The position numbers and the translations under genes were made by a program. The notes beneath the pieces are model-generated. The model was not told the DNA's origin, did not search any database, and worked only from the letters and a program-made list of their open reading frames with translations. Source: Terrimicrobiaceae bacterium (lineage in GTDB: Bacteria > Verrucomicrobiota > Verrucomicrobiia > Chthoniobacterales > Terrimicrobiaceae). From it: DNA of 64,000 nt. Location of the stretch: the NCBI GenBank assembly GCA_041752695.1, contig JBGSVZ010000062.1, forward strand, positions 1 through 64,000, in the 5' to 3' direction. Positions 1 through 7,700 of this stretch are shown here, piece by piece. The stretch's first letter is position 1; each line of letters begins with the position of its first letter.

Positions 1-802
1 CCACGGCGACGACCAGGACCGCATAAACTGCCAGCACCGACAGCCCGATTCCGGCAAACCGCGCGCGGCGCTGTCGGCCGGCCCGCAACTCCCGAATCGC
101 CGGCGGAGGCAGATCCGCGGCGCTGGTCGGGAGGATGGGGAACGGCGGGTCGCTGGAATATTCGAGAGGAATCCCCAGTCCCGACACCAGAATTTCGCGC
201 ACGGCCTCCGGGAATTCGCCGTAGAGCCGGACCAGTTGCGGCTCCCGCACCAACACCCCTTCCGCCCGCAGGCGCAGGAGGGTTCGTTTGATCGCTCCGC
301 AGAGGCCCGGGCCAGGGGGGCCGCCTGTGGAGAAAAAGACACAATGGTCGCCGCGGAACATGGCGAAACACAGGACGCCCGATTCCTGCCAGAGCACCAC
401 ATCCGCCCCCGCCGGCAGCCACGTGCGGGCGTTGGCTTCGAAGCGTCCGGCCCCGCGGAAGAGGGGGGATTCGATTTCGCCGGACGCCATCGCCAGCACC
501 AATGAGCGGGTTTCCCCGGTTTCGATGGGCAGGCAATGCACTTCCATACCTCGGCGCAATATGTTGCGCGCGCTGAGTTCCAATTCGGCGAGTTCCCGCA
601 GATTGCCCGAGGCTGGCAGCCAAAGCGGGATCGCCACGAGATCGTGGGTCGGGAGGGCGGCGGTGAGGCGCGGGGCGGCGGAAACCGCCGAGGCCGGAGG
701 ATCCTGCTGGCAGGTCGGCGGGCCGCCGGGGCGGAATTTCCACAGCTCCCACCCGGAGGCCCCCGGGCGCAGGAGGGACCATGGCCGAAAATTCACACTC
801 AT
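1..802 (-). CDS. Probable type II secretion protein L-like (partial, runs off the left edge)
   Basis: Open frame from ATG at 802 (MSVNFRPWSLLRPG...) to the edge, 4 nt after the gspK stop; ends in RRARFAGIGLSVLAVLAVYAVLVV (basic stretch then TM helix) as in GspL/PilN-type proteins. The call rests mainly on position. Confidence 0.5.
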   Translation of the reverse strand, partial: MSVNFRPWSLLRPGASGWELWKFRPGGPPTCQQDPPASAVSAAPRLTAALPTHDLVAIPLWLPASGNLRELAELELSARNILRRGMEVHCLPIETGETRSLVLAMASGEIESPLFRGAGRFEANARTWLPAGADVVLWQESGVLCFAMFRGDHCVFFSTGGPPGPGLCGAIKRTLLRLRAEGVLVREPQLVRLYGEFPEAVREILVSGLGIPLEYSSDPPFPILPTSAADLPPPAIRELRAGRQRRARFAGIGLSVLAVYAVLVVAV

Positions 803-806
803 GGCG

Positions 807-1706
807 TCACTGTTCCTCCCAGTTCAAGAGAGTTGAGCCCGTCTGGCCTTCGACGATGACGGCGATCTGGTAGGACGCTCCCTCGGCCCATCCGGTGCTC
901 TCCACTCGGCGGGCTCCGTTTCCCAGGGAAAAGAAGGCCTCCAATTGTTTCGCCTGGTTTGCGTTGGCGTTCAGCACGGCGACAACATCGGCCATCTCGG
1001 CGAATTTTTCGTCATCCTCGGTGCCTTTAATGCCGTCCGGTCCGGCGCGGAGTTTCAGAAAACCTTCCGCCTGGCCCTCAGTCAGCCCGCCCACCGCCTC
1101 AAGCACGGGACTCGAGGCATGGAGGATGCCGATTTTGCCATCGTGCCAGACCGTGAAGAAATCCCGCCAGCCTTCCCGCTCCGCCAGGATGTTCTGGAGG
1201 CCAATCACGGCGGACAATTCGTCCACCGAGTTGAACGGTTCGTTGGGCGGAAATCCCGCCAGTCCCAGGGCCTCGTATTGGCCGCGCTCGGCCCCGTTGA
1301 GCAGGACAAAATCGTCCGCGTCGGTCCAGTCCGTCATGCCATCGATGGCCTTGTCCTGGTCGCTTTTTTCCACCTGCCAATACCCGAGGAGATTTTGAAA
1401 TCCTTCGCGCTGATTGGTTTTCAGCCAGTAGTTGGGATTGATGCGGGCCGACTCATCGGAAATGCGCACTTCGTGGCCGTTTTTTTCCGCATTGCCGGTG
1501 CGCAGGAGAGGATCGCCCGGGAGGACGGCGGGGTTCATGCCGAGGGCAATTCCGGTAAGGGCATTCTGGCGGGCGGCAAAGCGGCGTTCGGCGAGGCTTT
1601 GATCATCCAGCCAATGACTGACCACTCCCAGAAGAAGCAGGGAGAGTCCGGCGAGAAAGGCCACGCTCCACAGGACCAGCGGGAGGGCGAACGCGTCCCT
1701 TCTCAT
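807..1706 (-). CDS. gspK: Type II secretion minor pseudopilin K
   Basis: MRRDA|FALPLVLW leader without Glu5; DESARINPN, DWTDADD and PFNSVDEL motifs typical of GspK; ATG overlaps the gspJ stop (ATGA). Confidence 0.85.
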   Translation of the reverse strand: MRRDAFALPLVLWSVAFLAGLSLLLLGVVSHWLDDQSLAERRFAARQNALTGIALGMNPAVLPGDPLLRTGNAEKNGHEVRISDESARINPNYWLKTNQREGFQNLLGYWQVEKSDQDKAIDGMTDWTDADDFVLLNGAERGQYEALGLAGFPPNEPFNSVDELSAVIGLQNILAEREGWRDFFTVWHDGKIGILHASSPVLEAVGGLTEGQAEGFLKLRAGPDGIKGTEDDEKFAEMADVVAVLNANANQAKQLEAFFSLGNGARRVESTGWAEGASYQIAVIVEGQTGSTLLNWEEQ

Positions 1707-2407
1707 GTGCCGGCCTCCGGAGTGGGGGCATTTTCCACGGGTGGGCGCGACGAAGCTCCCGCCAGCGGGGGAATCCAGAAGATCGCTTCCACGGGTGGTC
1801 CGGCAAGTTCTCGGCATTCAAAGGTCAATCTAGCCAATTCCGGGCGACCTTGGGCAGGTTCCCACTCATCCGTCCAGATTCCATTGGCAAAAAACGACCA
1901 TTTCACGCGCTCCACCCCGGGGAAAAGAGGCGTCCAGGGAATGTTCTCGAGGTCCTGCGGGGTGCCCTCATTTTTCGGCAGCACGCGGAGGGCAAAGGTG
2001 CGGGAGCCGTCAGCCTGGGGGAGGGCGGCCAAAACGAGGGACCCGCCACCGAGGCTCGCCACCCCGAACGCCCCCGAAGTGCGTTCCAGAACCATCTCGA
2101 CCATGGGGGTCGTTCCCCCCGTTTTTTCAAAACGCAGGTACACCACCCCTTTCGCCTCGAGGCCGAGAAACGTGTCGCGCGTGACCCGAAGAAAGGCGTC
2201 CAGGCGCTGGGAAATTCGCTGTTCTTCGCGCGTGATCTTTGTCGCTTCCAGGGCGGAAGTGGTGATCAAAAAAATGGCACCGGAAAGCAGCATCAGAATC
2301 CCCAGAGCCAGCACGACTTCGAAAAGGGTGAAGGCCCGGAGGTCTCGGGAGGCGGGCGCGATCATGGTCCTTGCCCGGTGCGTGCAGGAGATGGCGTTGT
2401 CCGTCAC
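1703..2407 (-). CDS. gspJ: Type II secretion pseudopilin, GspJ-like
   Basis: Prepilin motif RA|FTLFEVVLAL; C-terminal W..EW...RPELARL; lies between the I-like gene and gspK. Start may be 2365. Confidence 0.7.
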   Translation of the reverse strand: MTDNAISCTHRARTMIAPASRDLRAFTLFEVVLALGILMLLSGAIFLITTSALEATKITREEQRISQRLDAFLRVTRDTFLGLEAKGVVYLRFEKTGGTTPMVEMVLERTSGAFGVASLGGGSLVLAALPQADGSRTFALRVLPKNEGTPQDLENIPWTPLFPGVERVKWSFFANGIWTDEWEPAQGRPELARLTFECRELAGPPVEAIFWIPPLAGASSRPPVENAPTPEAGT

Positions 2408-2850
2408 GGCTGACGAATCTCCAGAAAAGGTTGGGGGTGGTAGATCACCAGGGAAATTTTCTCGGCGTCCTCTTTCGGGGCCGCCCTGGACGTGGCGGCG
2501 ATGGTCAGTTCAAACAGGTTGGCCAGATCCTGACCCTGCGCGTTCTTGGCCACAAACGGGACGAGGGTTTCGGTGAAATCGACTCCGTCCTGGTCTTTGC
2601 TTTTGAGCTGGCGCGTCTCACCGGGCTTGGGCGGCACGGCGAGGCAGTAGGCGAGGCGGGACTCGAGTTGGGCGCGCAGAAAAACCCGGTCGCGGGCGAC
2701 AATGGCGACGTCGATGGTGCCTTTGAGCGCCTGGGCGATGCCCAGCGCCGCGAGGACAAAAACCGCCAGAGCCACAATGACTTCGAAGAGCGTGAAGGCA
2801 CGTTTTCTCCCGGCAGGATGGTCGTTGCCGGTCGGCCGGAACGGACGCAT
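2404..2850 (-). CDS. gspI: Type II secretion pseudopilin, GspI-like
   Basis: KRA|FTLFEVIVALAVF motif, short length, operon order. Start uncertain (2850 or 2889). Confidence 0.65.
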   Translation of the reverse strand: MRPFRPTGNDHPAGRKRAFTLFEVIVALAVFVLAALGIAQALKGTIDVAIVARDRVFLRAQLESRLAYCLAVPPKPGETRQLKSKDQDGVDFTETLVPFVAKNAQGQDLANLFELTIAATSRAAPKEDAEKISLVIYHPQPFLEIRQP

Positions 2851-2881
2851 GGTCCGGCCGGGGGAAGATGTTCGACACCAG

Positions 2882-3403
2882 CTATTCATCGAGGGTCTGG
2901 GCGGTGAGGGGATCAAAGCGCAACTCCACCGATTGCTGGCCATCCGTCAAACGGACAGTGATCGGTTCGCAGATTCCGGCGCTGTTAAATTCCCAGATCT
3001 CCCCTTCCCGCGGTTTGCGGAAGCGGGAATCGGTCAGGCGTCGCACTTCCAGTGTCCAATTGGGAGGCAGAGGGGCTCCCGGGGTGATGCCGCGGGATGA
3101 CAGCTCCGCGACTTTGCGCTGGCCCAATTGCACCGCTTCCCCGCGAACGGTGAGCGCCGCTTCCTCGATGGCGGAGGTGGCGTTGTCGGCTTCCGAGTGG
3201 GCAAAAGCCGAATTGAGCAGCGGGGCGGCGGCCGCGGCGATGATGGCAAAGAGGGCCAGAGCCATCAGAACCTCCAGCAGGGTGAAAGCAGCAGCTGGAA
3301 GACGGAAATGAGAGCCACGGATTTCACGGAAACCACGGATAATGAGGATGTGAGGAGGCTCAAGCAACCACCTCGCCGGGTGAGTCTTTTGGGGCTGGCA
3401 CAT
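2882..3403 (-). CDS. gspH: Type II secretion pseudopilin, GspH-like
   Basis: AAA|FTLLEVLMALALF motif; C-terminal WEFNSAGICEP...FDPLTA; follows gspG. Start uncertain. Confidence 0.7.
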   Translation of the reverse strand: MCQPQKTHPARWLLEPPHILIIRGFREIRGSHFRLPAAAFTLLEVLMALALFAIIAAAAAPLLNSAFAHSEADNATSAIEEAALTVRGEAVQLGQRKVAELSSRGITPGAPLPPNWTLEVRRLTDSRFRKPREGEIWEFNSAGICEPITVRLTDGQQSVELRFDPLTAQTLDE

Positions 3404-3513
3404 GATCCGCAAGGCACTTGCTTCCAGAAGGTTATCCGCTTGGCCGGAAACAGGCGAATCGCAACTCCTTTTCATGCCAAATCTTATCCGTGCGAATCCG
3501 TGCAATCCGTGGC
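3314..3513. repeat. Inverted repeat of CACGGA(T)-type units bracketing the gspG-gspH junction
   Basis: GCCACGGATTTCACGGAAACCACGGATAA (3314-3342) versus TTATCCGTGCGAATCCGTGCAATCCGTGGC (3484-3513). Confidence 0.8.
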
Positions 3514-3535
3514 CAACTTTCGGCCGGATCTGCGG

Positions 3536-3970
3536 TCAGCGGCCGATATCGTCTTCGCTTTCCACGCCATCCGGTCCCAGCGAAAAAAGATCGTAGCCGT
3601 TTTTCTTATATTTGCCGGGGTTCTGGTACCGATATTCCTGACCCCAGGGATCGAGGGGGACTTCCTCCATCAACTGTCGCCATTTGCGGGGTTTCGGATC
3701 GGTGGCGGGAGGCTCGACCAACGCCTTGAGCCCCTGCTCGGTCGTTGGCTTGCGCAGATTTTGCATATCGTAGGCCCGGATCTGGATCGAAATGGCGCTG
3801 ATGTCGCTATCCACCCGCTGCTCCTTGGCGATGTCGATGTTGCCCACCAGCATGTAAATGGCCGAGCCGACCAGCACCGCGATGATGCCCAGCACGAGCA
3901 TGATCTCGAAGAGGGTGTAGGCGGCTTGATGCCGAAGGCGGCGGTGGGTAAACGCGGGATGGGAAGTCAT
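3536..3970 (-). CDS. gspG: Type II secretion major pseudopilin G
   Basis: QAA|YTLFEIMLVLGII leader; PTTEQGLKALV, DPWGQEYRY and SLGPDGVESEDDI motifs. Confidence 0.93.
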   Translation of the reverse strand: MTSHPAFTHRRLRHQAAYTLFEIMLVLGIIAVLVGSAIYMLVGNIDIAKEQRVDSDISAISIQIRAYDMQNLRKPTTEQGLKALVEPPATDPKPRKWRQLMEEVPLDPWGQEYRYQNPGKYKKNGYDLFSLGPDGVESEDDIGR

Positions 3971-3974
3971 AAGA

Positions 3975-5195
3975 CTAAGGGCGGGTCGTGATCACCACCG
4001 GCAGGGACGGCTCGCTGGGCGGCTCGATGAGAACCTGCGGCTCGAGGAAATCAATTTCAAGTTCTCCTTTTTCTTTTTCCTCCCGCGGCATCACCAGTTC
4101 GTCTTCCGGGGCGGGGAGGAGTTCTCCCGACGCGGGAAGCGCTGGGTCTTCGTCCGGGTAGACCGACGCCTGGGCTGGGGGGCCGAAACGAAGGTGAAGG
4201 CCCGAATTGCGCAGGTAAACCGGCTTGCCGGGATCGTCCGCGGTGCGGATCACCCTCAGCACGAGGCGGTTTTCCCCGTTTTGCCAATATTTGGCCGGAA
4301 GAAACAACGTTCCCGTCCGCCATCCGGCCACCACCAGGCGGCCGGACTCGTCCTCGGTCACCGCCGGATCATCGAGGGCAAAGGATGCCATGTTCAGCGA
4401 GCCGATTCTGGCTTCGTTCAGGGTGACTTCGACTGTGCCTTCCAGGTCCAGGCCCAGGAGTTCCATGCGGAGCATCACCCCAAGAATTTTGCCCTCCACC
4501 GGCACCACAAACTCGAGCTCGCCGGGAATTTCCTCAATGGCCGCCGCCAGTTCGGCTTCCACCACGCCCCCATTGCGCACATCCCCGGTGAGAGGCGGGC
4601 TGCGGCGTCCGTCCACCTCATCCGCCAGCATGACCCGTAGGGATTCGTCCACCAAGGCCGGGTCGGTGCGCGCCCCGATGAGGGCCACCAAGCTCTCCCG
4701 GGCAGGCCGCAGGGTGACCCCCGTGAGCGCGGGAAAGCGCCCAAAATACGTCACGATCACCGACCCTCCGTTGCGGGTTAATTCCTGGGGGAGCAGGAGG
4801 GTGTTGGCATTCAGGCCCAGAACCCGGTCATCAAGCGCCTCTCCCAACCCTTCCGAAATCGTAACGATGCTGCCGTCGGCCCGCCGCCATTCCACGGAGG
4901 GCCCGCCGTCGCCGTTGTCCTCGAACACGACCGAGAGCGCAAACCGGGACACCGAAGGCTGGGTCGAAAGAGCCGGGACCGGAATCTCCACGGAAGCCGA
5001 TTCCGGATCGATCGCCGCGTCCCTGGGCACCCAATCGGGAACAAACGCCACGTCGGAAGGATCCTGCGGGCGCAGCACGAACGGCACAAATTCCCGCGCC
5101 ACAGGCATGGAAGGATCGAAGGTCTGCCCCTGGGACGCCTGGGGCCACAGGAGAATCACACCAAGGAAGAAAGAAACAGGAGCTGGAATCCGCAT
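3975..5195 (-). CDS. Hypothetical secreted protein upstream of gspG
   Basis: 406 aa ORF with signal-peptide-like N-terminus, beta-rich body and acidic Pro-rich tail; stop lies 4 nt before the gspG start. Confidence 0.75.
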   Translation of the reverse strand: MRIPAPVSFFLGVILLWPQASQGQTFDPSMPVAREFVPFVLRPQDPSDVAFVPDWVPRDAAIDPESASVEIPVPALSTQPSVSRFALSVVFEDNGDGGPSVEWRRADGSIVTISEGLGEALDDRVLGLNANTLLLPQELTRNGGSVIVTYFGRFPALTGVTLRPARESLVALIGARTDPALVDESLRVMLADEVDGRRSPPLTGDVRNGGVVEAELAAAIEEIPGELEFVVPVEGKILGVMLRMELLGLDLEGTVEVTLNEARIGSLNMASFALDDPAVTEDESGRLVVAGWRTGTLFLPAKYWQNGENRLVLRVIRTADDPGKPVYLRNSGLHLRFGPPAQASVYPDEDPALPASGELLPAPEDELVMPREEKEKGELEIDFLEPQVLIEPPSEPSLPVVITTRP

Positions 5196-5321
5196 GAGAT
5201 CAGGGCAGGGTACGTTTTTCTTTACGGGATGGCGCGGAAATGAACAAGCCTGAGTCCAAAATCATAAACGAGGAGGCAGAGCGGAAATGAGAAGATCCTG
5301 GGAATCATCGGTGGCAAAAAC

Positions 5322-5351
5322 AAAAAGCCGCAGGCGAACCTGCGGCTTTTT
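5322..5351 (-). terminator. Intrinsic terminator after the PEP-CTERM gene
   Basis: Minus strand reads GCCGCAGG-TTCG-CCTGCGGC followed by TTTTTGTTTTT. Confidence 0.9.
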
Positions 5352-5371
5352 GGAAACGAAACCAAATTGAG

Positions 5372-5899
5372 TTAGACCACCCGCCGACGGCGGAAAGCCA
5401 TCGCCGTGGTGAGGGCACCGGTGATCAGAGCCCAAGTGGCGGGTTCGGGGACGGCTGATAAAGTTGATACGCTTACATTAATTGGCTGAGCCGATCCGCC
5501 CGAAACCAAGCTCCACCCCGAAATGCTTGCGAAATTAAACCCTGGATCAACGGCTGCAAAGTTTTGTTGAATGGTCGCACCTCCGACGAAATCACTCCAG
5601 AAGAAGATCGCACTGGCCGCAAGAAACTGATCATCTTCGATGATAACATTGAAGGAGCCCGCGGGGGCCGTGGTGGCATTTGCAGTTAGAGAGAATCCGG
5701 TCGCCCCAGATATGTCCAGAGAGACAGGAGACCCGAAGATTAAATCACCGAATCCCTCGGTCCCCGAAATCGTGCTTGTTCCTGGAGTGTAAGTCCACGA
5801 CCCCCCATTGGATGCGCTGTTTCCAAAATTGGTGAGAATTTGGGCATTTGAGCTCGCAACAGATATGGCAAGCAGGGCGAACACTAGGATTTTTTTCAT
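5372..5899 (-). CDS. Small PEP-CTERM sorting domain protein
   Basis: Signal peptide MKKILVFALLAISVASSNA; C-terminal VPEPATWAL-TM-RRRRVV. Confidence 0.92.
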   Translation of the reverse strand: MKKILVFALLAISVASSNAQILTNFGNSASNGGSWTYTPGTSTISGTEGFGDLIFGSPVSLDISGATGFSLTANATTAPAGSFNVIIEDDQFLAASAIFFWSDFVGGATIQQNFAAVDPGFNFASISGWSLVSGGSAQPINVSVSTLSAVPEPATWALITGALTTAMAFRRRRVV

Positions 5900-5928
5900 A
5901 ATAGACGGCTTCGAATTGGTTTGTGCAG

Positions 5929-7002
5929 TTATTGAGCAGCGAGGCTATAGGGCATCGCCCTTTCCCACACCTGAGGCGAACCGGTTCCGAACCGAGTCAC
6001 CATCACCGCAGACCCCGCAGGAATCACTTGGGAATTAAGAGTCCCCCCCGAACCAACACGTTTCCAAGACGAAGAGGCAACTTCATAATATGCGGAGAAA
6101 ATTGCCCCTGTGGAGTGCTTAAAAACCACCCGGTCAGTGGTGGCGAGCGTGACGCCAACATCCCCAAGTTTTCTCCATCCTGTGAGTGATTGGAATCCTA
6201 GGGTCGAAAGAGTCATATCCACGGGAAAGTACGTTGATACGATGGAGCTCCCGTTTACCGCTAGGATCCGTTTAAGCGATGTGTCCGGAATGGTTCCAAC
6301 GAAACTCAGAACCAATGAAGACTGGGCGATTCGATAATAAAAAATTCCAGAGGAAGGAGCAATCGGGAGGGTGTTTTGATTTGCACCAGAGCCAACGCGT
6401 TTCCAGCTAGAAGCGGTCGTGTCGTAATAGTAGGAAAGCATCGCGCCGGTCGTATCATTGACGAGAACTTTGTCCGTCTGTTGTGCGTTGAATGCAGTAA
6501 GCGTTCCTCCTGTGACTCCATCATCGGGTGTCCCAAACAAAGTCAGGAGGGTTTCACCCTTGACGATTTCGTACGAATCACCAGACGCTCCTACGACTAT
6601 TCCTAGCGTGGTCAGATCTACTCCTTGATTGGCGACGGTCAAATCAGTCGCCGTATTTGAGGTAATCCTCAAAAGATGACCTGACGCATTTCCAGACTTT
6701 ATCCTCACGAAATATGGCGAACCGAGCTGGGCGAGAGCTCCGGCAGACCAAGCTCCATTTGCGTTAGTGATTGTGGAGGCTGAAACGCCTGTGATTTTTC
6801 CGAGATTCTGTCCAGTAATCTCTGCTGGCCCGTAGAGCGGAGCAGAGATTGGAGTTATTGCGTGAGACGTGCCATTTTGGCTGGCTTGAATTGTCACAGA
6901 CACAACCCCAACCGGAACGGTCGCAGCAGTCTGTGCAAATCCGCAAGATCCGCCTCCAATCAGTAGGAGGGACGTTGCCAAGGCGGGGACAATATTTTTC
7001 AT
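5929..7002 (-). CDS. TIGR02597-like secreted protein
   Basis: Signal peptide then TAATVPVG; pattern YFVRIKSG...ITSNT...TLLTLFG resembles this Verrucomicrobia family as I recall it. Confidence 0.65.
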   Translation of the reverse strand: MKNIVPALATSLLLIGGGSCGFAQTAATVPVGVVSVTIQASQNGTSHAITPISAPLYGPAEITGQNLGKITGVSASTITNANGAWSAGALAQLGSPYFVRIKSGNASGHLLRITSNTATDLTVANQGVDLTTLGIVVGASGDSYEIVKGETLLTLFGTPDDGVTGGTLTAFNAQQTDKVLVNDTTGAMLSYYYDTTASSWKRVGSGANQNTLPIAPSSGIFYYRIAQSSLVLSFVGTIPDTSLKRILAVNGSSIVSTYFPVDMTLSTLGFQSLTGWRKLGDVGVTLATTDRVVFKHSTGAIFSAYYEVASSSWKRVGSGGTLNSQVIPAGSAVMVTRFGTGSPQVWERAMPYSLAAQ

Positions 7003-7026
7003 GTTATGAGGGAGTGCCTAACGGTG

Positions 7027-7055
7027 CAAACTGGACGAAAGGGAGTCCATTGGCA
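7027..7055 (-). promoter_or_regulatory. Candidate sigma70-type promoter of the TIGR02597-like/PEP-CTERM pair
   Basis: Minus strand TTGCCA-17 nt-CAGTTT, about 25 nt upstream of the ATG; same -35 as upstream of tRNA-Val. Confidence 0.45.
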
Positions 7056-7108
7056 AGTGATTTTGCCCAAATTTTGCCCATTCGAGAGGTCGCCGTGGGG
7101 GTCACGTG

Positions 7109-7344
7109 GGGGTCAGTCCCATAATTCCTAACATTTTCCCAGGAAAAGGGGCGATCGGCGAGGGAATGGATCTGCGTGGGTCTGCCGCTTGAAAATGTTC
7201 AAATAGTCCAGCCCGGCCGGATGAGATTCAGGGAGTTACGGGAATGGTGAGTAAAGAGGTGCGACGGGGGAGTGCGTTTCCCGGGGTATGTAGGGAGTCT
7301 GCCCGACCGAGGGGTCAGTCCCATATTTTCTAACATTTTCCCAG
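7109..7344 (+). repeat. Two 34-bp direct repeats (GGGGTCAGTCCC-headed, REP-like)
   Basis: GGGGTCAGTCCCATAATTCCTAACATTTTCCCAG (7109-7142) and GGGGTCAGTCCCATATTTTCTAACATTTTCCCAG (7311-7344); 2 mismatches. Confidence 0.85.
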
Positions 7345-7496
7345 AGTGGCGGCCACCTGTCCTCCCCGGGGCAGCAGGTGACGTTCCCTGGAGAAGAGGC
7401 AAGGCATTTGGTCAGCGGGGTGCGGCTTGGGAATGGTCAAAATCGGGCATCGTCCCGGCCGGCAGGGAAGGTTTCAGGGAGCCAAGAAAATGCAGT

Positions 7497-7640
7497 CTGA
7501 AGGGCTGTGATCAGGATGCGTTTTTCGGTGCAGCTCCGGCGAGACTGCCCCGTGGAGCGACTTTTCGGCCTTTCCATCGCAGCCCTTCAAGCCGCCTTCC
7601 TTCCTGGGCAAAGTCCTGGGCCTTCGACCCAGGCTTTGGG
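7497..7640. repeat. Palindromic dispersed repeat, copy 1 (copy 2 near 25.5 kb)
   Basis: TGAAGGGCTGTGAT...ATCGCAGCCCTTCA hairpin plus CCTGGGCCTTCGACCCAGG; reverse complement matches 25525-25590. Confidence 0.8.
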
Positions 7641-7700
7641 ATGACGAGCCTTCGGCCCATTCGAATGCCTCCCCCACTTTTCATCCTGGGTCCTGCCATC

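Noticed and set aside
945..2576. Long antisense ORFs (also 8319-10001, 17789-19594, 41579-42910, 47194-48681 and others)
   Set aside because: Shadows of well-supported genes in high-GC DNA, with no recognisable motifs.
7109..7344. CRISPR array
   Set aside because: Only two repeats, a 168-bp spacer and no cas genes in the window.
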